Below the pieces are notes generated by a model. It searched no databases. It was not told where the DNA came from and saw only the letters and a program-made list of their open reading frames with translations. Shown piece after piece: positions 11,798 to 24,896 of a DNA stretch of 64,000 bases. The DNA is taken from NCBI GenBank assembly GCA_035193785.1, contig CP136572.1, forward strand, positions 1,652,578 through 1,716,577. The letters are read 5' to 3'. Source of the DNA: Planktothrix sp. GU0601_MAG3 (GTDB lineage Bacteria; Cyanobacteriota; Cyanobacteriia; Cyanobacteriales; Microcoleaceae). Every line of letters begins with the position of its first letter. Position 1 is the stretch's first letter. Position numbers and translations under genes: made by a program.

Positions 11798-13081
11798 TTA
11801 GACTGAGCTTTATTTCCCTGTTTAGCCTTAGAAATTTCAGCCCCAAGAATTTCTAATCCCTTCATGTATTGAGGATCATCTTTTGTCCCCACTTTAGTCC
11901 GATCCTTTCTTAACTCATCCTGTTGTGCTTCGGTGAGTTCAATTTTAACATCCGGTTGAATGCCTTCATGGTTAATATCTCGACCACTGGGGGTAAAATA
12001 TTTAGCAATAGTTACTGCTAAACCCGAACCTTTTCCCACGCCCCTGACCGACTGAACTAACCCTTTACCAAAGGTTTTTGTTCCGACTAAAAGTGCCCGT
12101 TTATTATCCTGTAATGCGCCGGATAAAATCTCACTGGCACTGGCTGATCCGCCATCTACTAAAACCACTAATGGTTTATTTGTTAAAGCTCGATTATTTG
12201 CCTTTTGGCGGTCGGTTTCACCCTGGCGATCCACCGTAGAAACAATATCTCCTTTATTCAGCCACATTCGGGCAATTTCAACACTAGAATATAGTAAACC
12301 CCCGGGATTTGAGCGTAAATCTAGGACATAACCCGGAACATTTTGTTTTTCTAAATCATTAATCGCTTCCCGCATTTCTTCCGCGGCGTTGGCGCTAAAA
12401 GTATTTAACCGAATATAACCAATATCCCCCACAGAAACTAGGATTTTTAGAAGCACGAACCGGGTGAATTTCAATGCGATCGCGAGTAATTTTAAAATCC
12501 AAAGGTTTATCCCCCCGCAGGATTTTAATATTAACTTTCGTCCCCACCGGGCCACGAATTAAACTCACCGCTTCATTAATATCCATGCCCTCGGTGCTGC
12601 GGCCATCAATTTCAGTAATAATATCCTGGGATTGAACCCCAGCACTAAAGGCGGGGGAATCCTCAATCGGTGAAATCACCACTAACTTTTTAGTTTTTTC
12701 ATCCTGGGTTAATTGAATCCCCACCCCCGTTAACTCCCCGGAGGTGTCAATTTGCATATTGCTGAATTCTTCCGGGTTCATGAAGCGAGTATAGGGGTCA
12801 TCTAGCTTCTTCAACATTTCCCGAATGGCTTTATAAGCCTGTTCGTCGTCAGTATAGTTCCGGTTTAAATACTCGGTGCGGGTAGCCACCCAGTCTACTT
12901 GATTAAAAGTGCCATCTACATAATTTTTTTGGATCACCTGCCAAACTTCATCAATCAACTCCTTTGGGCTTTCCCGAAGGGATGCTTGACTAGAAAGATG
13001 AATTCCCGCTCCGGCAACGGTTACAGCCGTTAACATTATTGCCGTCGCCCCGAGAACTAGCCCACTTCTTGAAATAATCAT
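11794..13081 (-). CDS. Carboxyl-terminal processing protease, S41 family, CtpA/CtpB-like (frameshift near 12440)
   Basis: DDPYTRF, GVGI PDZ, DLRSNPGG, SASASEI, TFGKGLVQ. Confidence 0.93.
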
Positions 13082-13180
13082 CGGTTTGCTGAACTAGAAA
13101 ATAGAAATTTTAATATCAATACGCCCAATGTAGCATAGGTTTCAGCTTTCAGGTTTTCCAAAGCAGTCAGAAATAAATTT

Positions 13181-13346
13181 CCCCCCACCTCCCCTACTCC
13201 CCCTGCTCCCCTGCTCCCCTGCTCCCCCTGCCTCCCCTGCTCCCCCTGCTCCCCTACTCCCCCTGCTCCCCCTGCTCCCCCTGCTCCCCCTGCTCCCCAC
13301 CTCCCCCTGCTCCCCCTGCTCCCCCACTCCCCTGCCCCTACTCCCA
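13181..13346. repeat. Low-complexity tandem repeat (CTCCCCCTG / CTCCCCTG)n
   Basis: Directly visible between ispG and the ctp gene. Confidence 0.95.
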
Positions 13347-13347
13347 T

Positions 13348-14569
13348 CTAGGGATCAACCCAACGGCCATCGGCTTTAATCAAATTAATTAATTCTTCAA
13401 CCCCTTGGGTTTCAGGAACTTTTTTTATTTCCTCTCTACCCCGATAGAGGGAAATAAAACCCGGTTGTTTACCGACATAACCATAGTCGGCGTCGGCCAT
13501 TTCTCCGGGGCCATTCACAATACATCCCATCACCGCAATATCTAAACCCGTTAAATGTTTCGTGGCTTCACGAACTTGATGTAAAACTTCTTCTAAATTA
13601 AATAAAGTGCGACCGCAGGAAGGACAGGCGACATATTCCACCATGGTTTTCCGCAGTCCTAAAGCTTGCAGAATACTATAACAAACGGGGATTTCTTTTT
13701 CCGGGGCTTCGGTTAAAGAAACCCGAATAGTATCGCCAATTCCTGCTGCTAATAAAGTTCCGATTCCCGCCGTTGATTTAATTCGGCCATATTCTCCATC
13801 TCCGGCTTCCGTCACCCCTAAATGTAGGGGATAATTCATACCTAATTCATCCATCCGTTTGACCATCAAACGGTTAGCCGCCACCATCACCGGAAACCCG
13901 GGAAGCCTTGAGGGAAATAACAATATTTTGAAAATCCAAAGATTCACAAATTTTAATAAATTCTAACGCCGATTCCACCATGCCTTCTGGGGTATCACCA
14001 TAAGTAAATAACATTCTTTCTGCTAAGGAACCATGATTTACCCCGATTCGCATTGCCTTCCCTTGATCGCGCAGAGAAACTACTAAAGGTTCTAAGGTTT
14101 GTCTAATTTTATCGCCAATTTCATTAAATTCAGTTGGGGTGTATTCCGTGCGATCGCTTTTAGGTTTTTCAAACACATATAACCCGGGATTAATTCGGAC
14201 TTTATCTACATATTTCGCCACTTCCAGGGCAATTTTCATGCCATTATGATGAACGTCCGCCACCAAGGGCACAGGTTGATAGGTTTCGGCTAATTTCTGT
14301 TTAATTTTCCCCACGGCGGTAGCATGACCTACACTGGGAACCGTCACCCGCACAATTTCACAGCCAATTTCATGCAGACGACGCACCGCCGCCGTTGCCC
14401 CCTCAATGTCCATCGTATCCTCATTAATCATTGATTGGACAACCACGGGATGACCGCCCCCAATAGTAACCGTCCCTACCTGGACAGGACGGGTTTGACG
14501 GCGGTGAATCATCGTATCCACCGATGTTTGACTAGCAGGGGTTTGGGCTGGTACAGGTAAAGTTTGCAT
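13348..14569 (-). CDS. ispG: (E)-4-hydroxy-3-methylbut-2-enyl-diphosphate synthase (frameshift near 13895)
   Basis: [42 protein letters not shown]. Confidence 0.97.
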
Positions 14570-14762
14570 AGTTAATAATTAGTTTTTGTCAATATAGCGA
14601 TCGGAATTTTTTCTCCTATTGATTAATAGATTGCCACAAAAGGGGCATTTAGGGAATTACCCTCACGGATAGTTAAGGGGGTGCGGAGTACAAGCGTCCT
14701 CCCCCGCTAAGTTAAGGAGTTTAAATCCTTAAAACTCCTTAATAAGTTATTCTCAACCCAAC

Positions 14763-16065
14763 CTAGGGAGAATATTGAACCCGATAAATCCGACCATTAC
14801 TTTCCTCAGTAAAAATCAAACTGCCATCGGGTAATACTAACAAACCCACCGGACGACCCCAAGTTTCAGGAATAGCAGGATTGACTAAAAATCCGGTTAA
14901 AAAATCCTCGTAATATCCCAGAGGACGACCTTGATTAAAAGGAATAAAAACTAATTTATATCCCGTACCAGAATTGCGATTCCAACTGCCCCTAAACGCC
15001 ACAAAACCGCCATTCTTGTAGGATTTTGGGAAGGTGTTTCCATCATAAAATTGTAATCCTAAAGCCGCCGAATGGGCTTGAAATAAAACATCGGGTTTTA
15101 AGGTTTTCCCAACTAAATCAGGGCGGACACTTTGACCATTTTGAACATGACGCGGATCTAAATTATTAGGTGTAAAATAACTATAGGGCCAACCATAGAA
15201 TTCTCCTGAACGAATACGGGTAAAATAATCAGGAACTAAATCATCCCCTAACCCATCCCGTTCATTAACGGTTGTATAAAGTTCTTTGGTTTCTGGATGA
15301 AAGTCTAACCCCACAGGATTTCTTAATCCATAAGCAAAGGTTTGCTGATTAGACCCGTCTAAATTCATCACTTGAAACCGATGCCCGGGGGGGATTTTCT
15401 TCACTAACATTTGTTTTTGAACCAATGGAAACATAGAGTTTTTGATAATCGGGAGAAACAATAACATTTCTTGTCCAATGTTGGTTATATCCGCCTCCGG
15501 GTAACTCCGCTATTTTTTCGCCTATTCCCGTGAGTTGCTGTTGATTATTATAGGAATAACGTCTAACTTCATTTGTATTTCCCAAGAAAAAATAACCGGG
15601 TGAAAATGCCATTCCAAAGGGAATATCTAAGCCATTTTTGCTGTCTGCAAAGGTTTTAATTTGATCAGCTACTCCATCTTGATTGGTATCTTTTAATAAC
15701 CGAATCCGGTTTTGTTTGGTTTCTGTTACTAATACATCACCATCGGGAGTTAACGCTAACCACCTGGGATTATCTAAATTTTCGGCAAAGATATTAACTT
15801 TAAATCCCGGGGGAACATTGAAAACCGGGTTATTAGGAATGGGAATAACTTGGGGAGGTTTAGACGCACTCTCACTATGGAAAGGTGGCGGTAAGTCTTC
15901 TAAATTAACCCGAATTGGTTGGGGGGATAATGGTTTGATTATAATATTATTTGGGGTTTCGGTCGCAACGGAAATGGAGGAATTTGTTGGGATGCGATCG
16001 CTATTTTGTTGACAACCGATTAATACTCCTAAAAATAATAAGGGAAAATAACGTAATTTTGACAT
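14763..16065 (-). CDS. PQQ-dependent sugar/sorbosone dehydrogenase family lipoprotein (frameshift near 15390)
   Basis: Lipobox-like LIGC after MSKLRYF; GLRNPVG, NERD, YGWPY, HSAALG, GSWNR, GRPVG. Confidence 0.88.
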
Positions 16066-16124
16066 AATTACCCTGCTATTATTTGAGTTGGTGAACCCTA
16101 TTATCCTATTCAGATTTAAAATGA

Positions 16125-16196
16125 TGGGCGGTACAAGATTCGAACTTGTGGCCTCTTCCTTGTAAGGGAAGCACTCTACCGCTGAGTTAACCGCCC
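16125..16196 (-). tRNA. trnV: tRNA-Val (anticodon TAC)
   Basis: Reverse complement GGGCGGTTAACTCAGCGGTAGAGTG CTTCC CT TAC AA GGAAG AGGCCACAAGTTCGAATCTTGTACCGCCCA folds as a cloverleaf with TTCGAAT T-loop; no encoded CCA. Confidence 0.97.
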
Positions 16197-16272
16197 GATT
16201 AACACGTTTAGCTATTATAGCATAAACTTTTAGAATCACAACTCTATTTTCCCCGATTGATCATTTTACCCC

Positions 16273-16944
16273 ATGCCATCAGGTCAAACCCACGACCAGA
16301 TAACCCTTTGGAGCTTACCTTTTATTGCGGGCTTAACCTTTAGCCAAACCCGCAGCAGTCACCTCACCTTTTTGGTGACCGGGAGTTTCCTATTTAGTGG
16401 CCTAATGTTTGGCCCGGATTTAGATATTGACTCCCGACAGTTTCAACGGTGGGGGATGTTGCGGTGTTTCTGGGCGCCCTACCAAAACAGTTTGCGCCAT
16501 CGCTCCTTTTTATCCCATGGGCCTTTTATTGGGACGGCGTTGAGGATTCTTTATTTAGGTGGCGGTCTGGGAATTTTGGGATTTTTGGGGTTAATAGTGG
16601 CACAATATTTAGGATTACTAAATAGGCAACCCTTAGAAATATTGCAGAATAGTTTGCGATCGCTCTCCAATTATCCGAGGGAATGTATCGCCATTTATTT
16701 AGGATTAGAAATGGGAGCCATGAGTCATTCCTTTAGCGACTGGTCTAACTCTTTATATAAAGAATTTAGAAAATGGCTAAAAACAGGAAAAACTCACACA
16801 GAGATCCCGGAAACACCCAAACCCAAAAAAACCAAGCGTCAAGTGTCTGCATCTCCCGAATTAGAGCTTCCCCCAATTAAACCTAAACGTCAGCAACCCA
16901 ATTCCACAACGACTAAAAAATCTTCCCGTCGCTCTAAGAAATAA
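16273..16944 (+). CDS. Putative metal-binding membrane protein (DUF2227-like)
   Basis: MPSGQTHD, GPDLD, HRSFLSHGP, GAMSH motifs. Confidence 0.8.
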   Translation: MPSGQTHDQITLWSLPFIAGLTFSQTRSSHLTFLVTGSFLFSGLMFGPDLDIDSRQFQRWGMLRCFWAPYQNSLRHRSFLSHGPFIGTALRILYLGGGLGILGFLGLIVAQYLGLLNRQPLEILQNSLRSLSNYPRECIAIYLGLEMGAMSHSFSDWSNSLYKEFRKWLKTGKTHTEIPETPKPKKTKRQVSASPELELPPIKPKRQQPNSTTTKKSSRRSKK

Positions 16945-16977
16945 ACCCTTTTTTATCATAAAATTCCAGAATTTAAA

Positions 16978-17802
16978 ATGAGTAACACCGAAAATATCAC
17001 CCTGAATCCTACATTAATCGCGCTACAAAACTTAATTGATGTTGTTGCTAAATTGCGATCGCCCGAGGGGGGATGTCCTTGGGATTTGGCACAAACACCA
17101 GAAACTTTAGTACCCTATATTATTGAAGAAGCCTATGAGGTAGTAGACGCAATTCGGAGCGGGGATCAAAAGGCGATCGCCGATGAATTAGGGGATTTAC
17201 TATTACAAGTAATTTTACAAGCTCAAATTGCTGGAGAAGCGAATCAATTTTCTTTAGCAGAAATTGCCAATAATACTACAGAAAAATTAATTCGTCGCCA
17301 TCCCCATGTCTTCGGGGAAGTGGAGGTGAATAGTGTCGAAGAAGTCAGGCAAAATTGGGAAGAAATCAAATCAAATGAGGGAGGAGAAACAGCCGAAACT
17401 AAAACTTTTAGTTCTAAATTAAGCCGTTATGCGCGACAATTACCTCCATTAATCGCCGGGATGAAAATTTCTCAAAAAGCTGCATCTGTCGGTTTTGAAT
17501 GGGATAATATTGAGGGAGTTTGGGATAAATTTGAGGAAGAAGTTGCCGAATTTAAAGAAGCGATTCAAGGAGAGGATAAGGAGCATCAACAGGCGGAATT
17601 AGGGGATATTTTATTTGTCTTAATTAATTTAGCCCGTTGGTATAATTTAGATCCTCATATTGGCTTACAAGAAACCAATCATCGTTTTATTAAACGGTTA
17701 TCCAAGGTTGAGGAATATTGCGATCGCCCCTTATCGGAATACAGTGTAGAAGAATTAGACGCCCTCTGGCAACAAGCAAAAGCCATCCTAGCCCAGAAAT
17801 AA
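16978..17802 (+). CDS. mazG: Nucleoside triphosphate pyrophosphohydrolase MazG
   Basis: GCPWD, EEAYE, DELGDLL, KLIRRHPHVF, second EEVAE/ELGD domain. Confidence 0.95.
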   Translation: MSNTENITLNPTLIALQNLIDVVAKLRSPEGGCPWDLAQTPETLVPYIIEEAYEVVDAIRSGDQKAIADELGDLLLQVILQAQIAGEANQFSLAEIANNTTEKLIRRHPHVFGEVEVNSVEEVRQNWEEIKSNEGGETAETKTFSSKLSRYARQLPPLIAGMKISQKAASVGFEWDNIEGVWDKFEEEVAEFKEAIQGEDKEHQQAELGDILFVLINLARWYNLDPHIGLQETNHRFIKRLSKVEEYCDRPLSEYSVEELDALWQQAKAILAQK

Positions 17803-17924
17803 AGCCTAATCGTGCTAAAATAAAGAGGGTTTATTAATAGTTTTGGTAAGTTACTATGCCCTCTTTATAAGTTCGTGAATTTGCCGAAAAAATTAACCAT
17901 TTATCCCTGACATATTGCCCTAGA

Positions 17925-19052
17925 TTAAGGTTTAAAACCAACGGCTTCAGAAATTGAATTTAAACCATATTGATCTAATTTCTGTAGGAGTCCTGCTAAG
18001 ATTCTTTTCACCATTTCTGGCCCCTCATAAATCCAACCCGTATAAACTTGAATTAAACAAGCTCCGGCGGTAATTTTTTCCCAAGCATCATCGGCGGTAA
18101 AAATTCCCCCAACCCCAATAATAGGAAGTTGTCCTTGGGTATTTTGATGAATCCAACGAATCACTTCCGTTGACCTTTCTTTCAGGGGTGCGCCACTAAT
18201 TCCCCCCGCTTCTTGGGTAATATAACTTCCGGTTTGGGGTAGCCATTGGGTTTTTAATCCCTCCCGTTTGATGGTGGTATTAGTAGCAATAATTCCGGCT
18301 AATTGATATGTTTGGGCTAAATTTACCACATCAGCGATCGCATCCCATTCTAAATCCGGCGCAATTTTAATAAAAATCGGTTTATTATCTGTATTTTCCG
18401 TTTTCAAAACCGCTATAATTTTACTTAATTGTTCCGCATCTTGGAGCGATCGCAATCCGGGGGTATTAGGAGAAGAAACATTGACTACAAAATAATCCCC
18501 GTAGTCTTTTAATAGTTTAAAACTCCCTAAATAATCCGCGGCGGCTTCTTCTAAAGGAGTAATTTTAGATTTTCCTAAATTAATTCCAACCGGAATAATA
18601 AATTTTTGTTGATGTTTTTCGCGTAACCGTTGCGCCAATATTGCCGCCCCTTGATTATTAAATCCCATGCGATTTAAAATGGCTTCATCCTCGACTAATC
18701 TAAATAATCTCGGTTGGGGGTTTCCCGGTTGTGGATGCAGGGTAACAGTCCCTAATTCCGTAAATCCAAACCCCAAACTTTGCCAAATTCCGGCCGCCAC
18801 CCCATCCTTATCAAACCCGGCGGCTAAACCTACGGGATTAGTAAAATTTAGGCCCCATAATTGTTGCTGTAAACGGATATCCTGTAAACAGAATGAGGAT
18901 TTAAGTTTAGATTCTAGCCAATTCATCGGTGACTGAGACTGATTTTGCTCAATCCAACTCAGGACTTGTAAAGCACGATGATGCGCCCATTCTGGATCAA
19001 TTTTGAGTCCATAAAATAAAATGGGTTTAACGGCGCTGCGGTAGATATCCAA
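17925..19052 (-). CDS. pyrD: Quinone-dependent dihydroorotate dehydrogenase
   Basis: [38 protein letters not shown]. Confidence 0.96.
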   Translation of the reverse strand: MDIYRSAVKPILFYGLKIDPEWAHHRALQVLSWIEQNQSQSPMNWLESKLKSSFCLQDIRLQQQLWGLNFTNPVGLAAGFDKDGVAAGIWQSLGFGFTELGTVTLHPQPGNPQPRLFRLVEDEAILNRMGFNNQGAAILAQRLREKHQQKFIIPVGINLGKSKITPLEEAAADYLGSFKLLKDYGDYFVVNVSSPNTPGLRSLQDAEQLSKIIAVLKTENTDNKPIFIKIAPDLEWDAIADVVNLAQTYQLAGIIATNTTIKREGLKTQWLPQTGSYITQEAGGISGAPLKERSTEVIRWIHQNTQGQLPIIGVGGIFTADDAWEKITAGACLIQVYTGWIYEGPEMVKRILAGLLQKLDQYGLNSISEAVGFKP

Positions 19053-19267
19053 AATAGTCTCCTCTAATCATGTCCTGATTCCCAAGTTTTAATTTAGTCT
19101 ATTTTTTGAGTAAAAGGGTGAAATACTAAGGGTAAGATAGAAGCATTAACCAGACCAACGGGCAGAGTATTATTCCTACCCTATACCAGAAAACTGCACA
19201 GATTTAGGATCTTAATTAAAATTTTAATTTTGAATGTTAATTAAAAGATACAATTTGGGAGTTTATT

Positions 19268-22095
19268 ATGGGTCAATTTGAAGAATCGACCGCATTAGAG
19301 CAACCCATTATGACCTTGGGGCGTGTTCTCCAAACCATACAAGATGAAGACAATGTTGATGTCTTGATCGAAACAATTTTAAACTATTTAAAAACCGAGT
19401 TTAATTATAGTTTAATTTGGATTAGTTTGTACGATCGTTTAGATCATCGTTTAATTGGCAAAGGAGGAATTACCCCAACAGAAGATAATTGGTTAATCAA
19501 ACAAAGATTTGTCCTATCTCCTGGGGATTTACTCGAACAGTTAGTAATTCAAATGCGACCTTTAGTGGTTCCCGATTTGCGGTCAGAAACCCGCGCCGGA
19601 GAGTGGCAAAAAGCTGCCCAAGCCTTTAATATTCAGGGGTCAATTTTATTCCCCATGCGCTATAAAGATCGCTGTTTTGGTGTGGTTTTATTAGGATCAA
19701 CCGAGTGGGGAATTTCTCCTAGTTCAACGGAAAAAGAACTGATTTCAATGGTTTTAGGAACCTTAGCGGCTTCTTTATTCCAAATTGAAACCACTTGGAT
19801 GTATCAACAAACCAAACGACCCGAACAACCTTTCTTGAAACTTTTAACTCAATTTAGAACCCTAAATACTTTAGATCGATGTTTAGAAGTAGCGGTAGAA
19901 ACAACCCATGAATTTATTGAAACCGACTCGGACAAATGTGTATTGGTATTATCGAGAAGGGCGTTATTTTTGGCGGCGGGCGAGTAATCAACAAAAACTT
20001 CCCAGTGTCAGTTTAATGAAGCAGGCGGCTTCCGGGGTAACGGTACAGGATTTAGGAGAATTTTATCAAGCACTAATTTCCGATCATTTAGTGTCTATTG
20101 GAGAGTCCTATAGTTCCTTAAGAGCGGATACAACGGAACGATTAATGGAGAAAATTCGCGCCCGTTCCCTATTAGCGGTTCCGATTCTTTTTAATCAAGA
20201 AATGTTAGGATTTATTGCGGTTGAAGGTCAAAATCCGAGAATTTGGCAGGAGAATGAAAAACAATTTTTGCGAGGTGTGGGGCAATTAATTTCCCTAACC
20301 GCCCCCTTAGCGGAAATGGAAGTTAAAATTCGGCAAGCGGAACTAGATCAGTCCCTGACAGCCAAAGTTACCCGTGCTATTGTGGATGATCAAGATTGGC
20401 AACTTTCCTTAAAAACCACCGCTAATCTGTTGTGTCAGCGATTAAATACGGGACGATTTTTATTAATTAAACGTCATCTGAAAACGGCAAAATTTGAGAT
20501 TATTTATCAATATTATCCTTTAAATAGAACCGCGATTTTTTCGCCCTTAGATTCCCTGACTTCCCAAGATTGGCAAGCTTTAAAAAATGATAGTGAAATT
20601 TTGCTCATTGAAAATTATGATGAAGATGAAAAATTAAAATCTTGGCGCAGTCAACTCAAGGATGCCGGAGTGAGATCGTTAATTCTTTGCCCGATTAATT
20701 CTCGTTTAAATTCGGAAAAATATCCACAGGAAAATAAGCATCAAGAGTTTTTATTAATAGGCCATGAAACCCCGAGAACCTGGGATCGAGCCGAACAGGA
20801 ATTAGTTAAAATTGTAGGTCAACAATTGAGTGTAATTCTCCGTCAATGGAAATTAAATCAACGGATTAAATCCCAAGAAGAACTTAATCAAGCCTTAGAT
20901 CAGGGGTGGTCAATCTTAGAAAAGACCCATCAAGTACAACACCTAGAACAACAATTTACAGAAAAAATAGCACAATTATCAAACAGTCCTTTGGTTCTAT
21001 TATTAACCTGGCCAGAAGGAGCAAAAAAAGCAAAAATCGCCCATTGTGTCACTCGCCAAGCGAAATTTTATATTGACCCAGAAACGGTTAATCTCTATCG
21101 CTAAAGATCCTTTAATTCAACACGCTTTATTAACAAAAGAATTATTCTGGTGGCCTGTACAGGAGTTATCAACTTACACTCGCCAATGGTTTACCAGTAC
21201 CGTTGATAAAATTTTAGTTATGACCCTGCATACCGCTGCTGAACACCATCCCACAGGTCTTTTAATTATTGCTGATCCTGAGCAAATTCAAACGGAATTT
21301 GGGATATCTTTAACCATGTTCAATTCTTTAGTAATGCAGTTTTCTTGGTCACGGCGCTATTTACGAATTCAAGAGGTCTTAAAAACTCAACATGAGGAAT
21401 TACAATGGATGAATTGGTATAAACAACGGCGCTTAGAAGAATTATATCGAACCGTAGGCGGAGGACTGAAACAGTTAAACGAATTAAATCAATCTCCGTT
21501 TCAATCAACCGATCCACAAAAAACCCAACTTTCCCATTTACGCTATCAACAATTACTCCGTCAAATGGGCAGTGCTTTAGCTTCTACCAGTTCCTTAATT
21601 AAACAGGAACAATGGCGACTTCACCATCAAAATGATATTATTCCGATTGCTAATTTATTGCGAAGGGTGCGAGAAAGAATTAATGCTATTATTAGAAATA
21701 AACAAATCCAATTAGTTGTCAAACAACAGGAAAACTTTAATGTTGTTGCTGATAATATGAAACTAGAACTTGTTTTTTATGAAATATTATTAAACACCTG
21801 TCACCGCGCTGAACCAGGTGGGATCATTGAGATAACCACTCAACCTTTAAATGATCGCCAATTAGAACTAATTATTACGGACTATGGTACAATTAACCCG
21901 CAATTGATTCTGGAGTTAAAAGCGGGTCAATCTCCCGATTTACTAGCTCCCTCTTGCTTGGCTTCTCCCCCAGGTCAACAGCTTTTAATTTGTCAACAAA
22001 TGTTAGAAAAAATGGCGGGAAAATTCCTAATAGAACAAGGAGAAAATCAACAAATTATAACTCGAATTATTTTAACTTTAGCTCCGACAACCTAG
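19268..22095 (+). CDS. Multi-GAF sensor with degenerate histidine-kinase-like C-terminus (frameshifts near 19920 and 21090)
   Basis: Three consecutive GAF-like segments then an HATPase-like tail (ITDYG); three overlapping ORFs join into one. Confidence 0.75.
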
Positions 22096-22170
22096 ATCAA
22101 TAATTGACTAATAACTTGTACGGACAGGTGGCTCAAGATTGAGGTAATAAATACAAAAATTGCGCCTAAA

Positions 22171-22281
22171 ACTGATAACTGTTACAGACGCGCCATGGCA
22201 CGTCTCTACACTGATAACTGTTACAGACGCGCCATGGCACGTCTCTACACTGATAACTGATGACTGATCACTGATAACTGT
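22171..22281. repeat. Two tandem REP-like palindromes interleaved with ACTGATA heptamers
   Basis: ACTGATAACTGTTACAGACGCGCCATGGCACGTCTCTAC repeated twice. Confidence 0.9.
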
Positions 22282-22286
22282 TTATT

Positions 22287-24013
22287 ATGTTACTTTCCCT
22301 GAGAATAGAAAATTTTGCTTTAATTGATCATTTAGATTTAGATTTAGGTACGGGTTTAAATGTATTTACCGGAGAAACTGGAGCCGGAAAATCAATTATT
22401 TTAGATGCGGTTGATGCGATTTTAGGAGGGAAAGTAGACCGTCGTTTCTATTAGAACAGGAGCCACCCGATCCCTATTAGAAGCAACATTTGAGATGGAC
22501 AAAAAATGGTTTAATTGGTTAACAGAACAAGAAATTGATTTAGTCGATGGGAGTTTAATTGTTTGCAGTCGAGAAGTGGTAATTACCGGGGATAAACTGA
22601 GGAGTCGCTCTCGGGTTAATGGGGTATTAGTTAATCGCAAATTAATTGAACAACTGCGCGATCGCTTAATTGAAATTACCGCCCAAGGACAAACCTTACA
22701 ATTAGGTCAACCGGAACTCCAACAGGAATGGTTAGATCTCTATGGAGGTCAACCCTTAATCAAAGCCAGAAAGTCCGTAGCATCAACCTATACCCAAGCT
22801 CAAACCTGTAGTCATGCCCTAGAAAAACGCCGTCAATTTGAACAGCAAAGGTTACAGAGATTGGATTTATTAACCTATCAAATTCGCGAATTAGACGCAG
22901 CAAATTTAACCACAGCCGACGAATTAGAACAATTACAAATTGAACATCAACGGCTGAATCATATTGTAGAACTCCAGCAACAAAGTTATCAAATTTATCA
23001 AGCCCTATATCAAAGTGAAACCGGGTTGGCGGCGACGGATTTATTAAGCCAAGCGGAAAACAAACTCAGTGATTTAGTGGAATATGATCCCCAACTTCAA
23101 TCTATTTTAGAAATAGTTAGTGAGGCGGTGGCTCAAATTACCGAAGCTGGCCGACAAATTGGCAGTTATGGTGAACAATTAGAATCCGACCCCCAACGGT
23201 TAGAAGAAGTAGAAGATCGGATTCGAGACTTAAAACAAATTTGTCGCAAATATGGGCAAACTTTAGAGGAAGTAATTGAATATTATCAACGCATTCAAGA
23301 GGAATTAAAAGAGTTAGAAGATGAAGATCAATCAATTGAATCTTTAGAGCAGACCTATCAACAAGCTGTTCAAGCCCTAAAAGAAACCTGTCAACATCTA
23401 ACTAACCTGCGCCAAAAAGCCGCCCATCAATTGGAAACCAATCTCCTAAAAGAACTCAAACCTTTAGCGATGAATAATGTTAAATTTCAAGCAGAAATTC
23501 ATCCGATTTCCCCGACGGCTATGGGGGCTGATCAAATCCAATTTTGCTTTAGTCCCAACCCCGGAGAAACCCCTGCAACCCTTGGGGGCGATCGCATCGG
23601 GAGGAGAAATGAGTCGGTTTCTCTTGGCCTTAAAAGCCTGTTTTTCTCAAATTGCCGGATCAGGAACTTTGGTATTTGATGAAATTGACGTCGGGGTATC
23701 GGGACGAGTGGCCACCGCCATCGCTCAAAAACTCCACCAACTCGGTCAGCGCCATCAAGTCCTCTGTGTCACCCACCAGCCCCTAGTTGCAGCCATGGGA
23801 GACCATCATTTTCGGGTAATTAAAGAAACCATCCAAACCGACTCGGAACTTGATTCCGAAGCCCAAGAAACCCGCACCGTCGTCCGGGTGACTCAGTTAA
23901 CTTCCTCCCAACGTCGGGAAGAATTGGCTCAATTGGCCAGTGGGGAATCGGCCCAAGAAGCGATCGCCTTTGCTGAGTCCCTCTTGACCCAAGCGGCGCT
24001 GATGAAGAATTAG
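22287..24013 (+). CDS. recN: DNA repair protein RecN (frameshifts near 22445 and 23570)
   Basis: ATG 22287 MLLSLRIENFALID...TGETGAGKS; ASGGEMSR signature; FDEID; CVTHQP. Confidence 0.95.
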
Positions 24014-24041
24014 GGAGGCAGGCAGGGCTGTTTCATTCTTT

Positions 24042-24069
24042 GTAGGGGCAATCCCCCCGTGGTTGCCCC
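24042..24069. repeat. REP-like palindrome GTAGGGGCAATCCCCCCGTGGTTGCCCC
   Basis: GTAG-headed imperfect hairpin just after recN. Confidence 0.7.
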
Positions 24070-24134
24070 AATCCCCCCGTGTAGGATATGAGATAGTTAA
24101 AATTTCTCCCCGAACATTCAATGAGGATAGGACT

Positions 24135-24710
24135 ATGAATGCTTTAACTGTCAATTTGAAATCATTAATAGAAATGACTGATGATCAGTTTTTTCAGCTA
24201 TGTCAAAATAACCGGGAATTGAGATTTGAAAGAAATGCCAATGGAGAATTAATAATTATGCCACCAACGGGAGGAGAAACGGGAAATCGTAACGGTAGAC
24301 TAAATCAACAATTATTTAATTGGACTGATGCTGATGGTACTGGCATCGCTTTTGATTCTTCGACTTGTTTTAAATTGCCTAATGGTGCAGATCGCTCTCC
24401 TGATGCTTCTTGGATCAAGTTAGAAAGATGGGATGCTTTAACGGATGAGGAAAAACAAAAGTTTCCCCCTATTAGTCCTGATTTTGTAATTGAGTTACTT
24501 TCTCCTAGTGATAGTTTGAAGACTACACAGGAAAAGATGAGGGAATATATAGATAATGGTGTGGGTTTGGGTATATTAATTAATCGTAAATCTCGTCAAG
24601 TGGAGATTTATAGACCAGGAAAAGAGGTTGAGGTTTTAGATTCTCCTGCTACGGTTTCAGGGGAAGATGTTTTAAAAGGTTTTGTGTTAAATTTGGGGAT
24701 GATTTGGTAA
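24135..24710 (+). CDS. Uma2 family (PD-(D/E)XK) endonuclease-like protein
   Basis: GELIIMPPTGG, RSPDASW, PDFVIELLSPSD, KMREY. Confidence 0.92.
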   Translation: MNALTVNLKSLIEMTDDQFFQLCQNNRELRFERNANGELIIMPPTGGETGNRNGRLNQQLFNWTDADGTGIAFDSSTCFKLPNGADRSPDASWIKLERWDALTDEEKQKFPPISPDFVIELLSPSDSLKTTQEKMREYIDNGVGLGILINRKSRQVEIYRPGKEVEVLDSPATVSGEDVLKGFVLNLGMIW

Positions 24711-24832
24711 AATTATAGAGATAGTTTAGAAAAGGAAAAAACAGCCATGCAGCCAATCTCATCCCCACCACAAGCGATCGCATACCGCAAACCCTTTAGC
24801 AGATAGATAATTGAACAGATCGGCAATCGCAC

Positions 24833-24889
24833 TTGACAATAATTTTGACCTGCTACAATTCGTTACCAATAAGTCATCATTAAAAAGGA
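24833..24889 (+). promoter_or_regulatory. Sigma70-type promoter and RBS upstream of the tubulin-like gene
   Basis: TTGACA 24833-24838; extended -10 TGcTACAAT 24851-24859 (15-bp spacer, short); AAAGGA at 24884-24889 before ATG 24897. Confidence 0.6.
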
Positions 24890-24896
24890 AATTACA

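Noticed and set aside
13078..13347. Gly/Ala/Arg-rich ORFs 13078-13347 and 13142-13327
   Set aside because: Translations of the CTCCCCCTG tandem repeat
16066..16239. N-terminal extension of ORF 15349-16239
   Set aside because: It runs through tRNA-Val; the real start is MSKLRYF at 16065 with a lipoprotein signal
16125..16270. tRNA-Val as the integration site of an island
   Set aside because: No integrase and no duplicated tRNA 3' end seen; the flanking genes are ordinary
22171..22281. Mini CRISPR array
   Set aside because: Only two identical REP-like palindromes with heptamer linkers; no spacers
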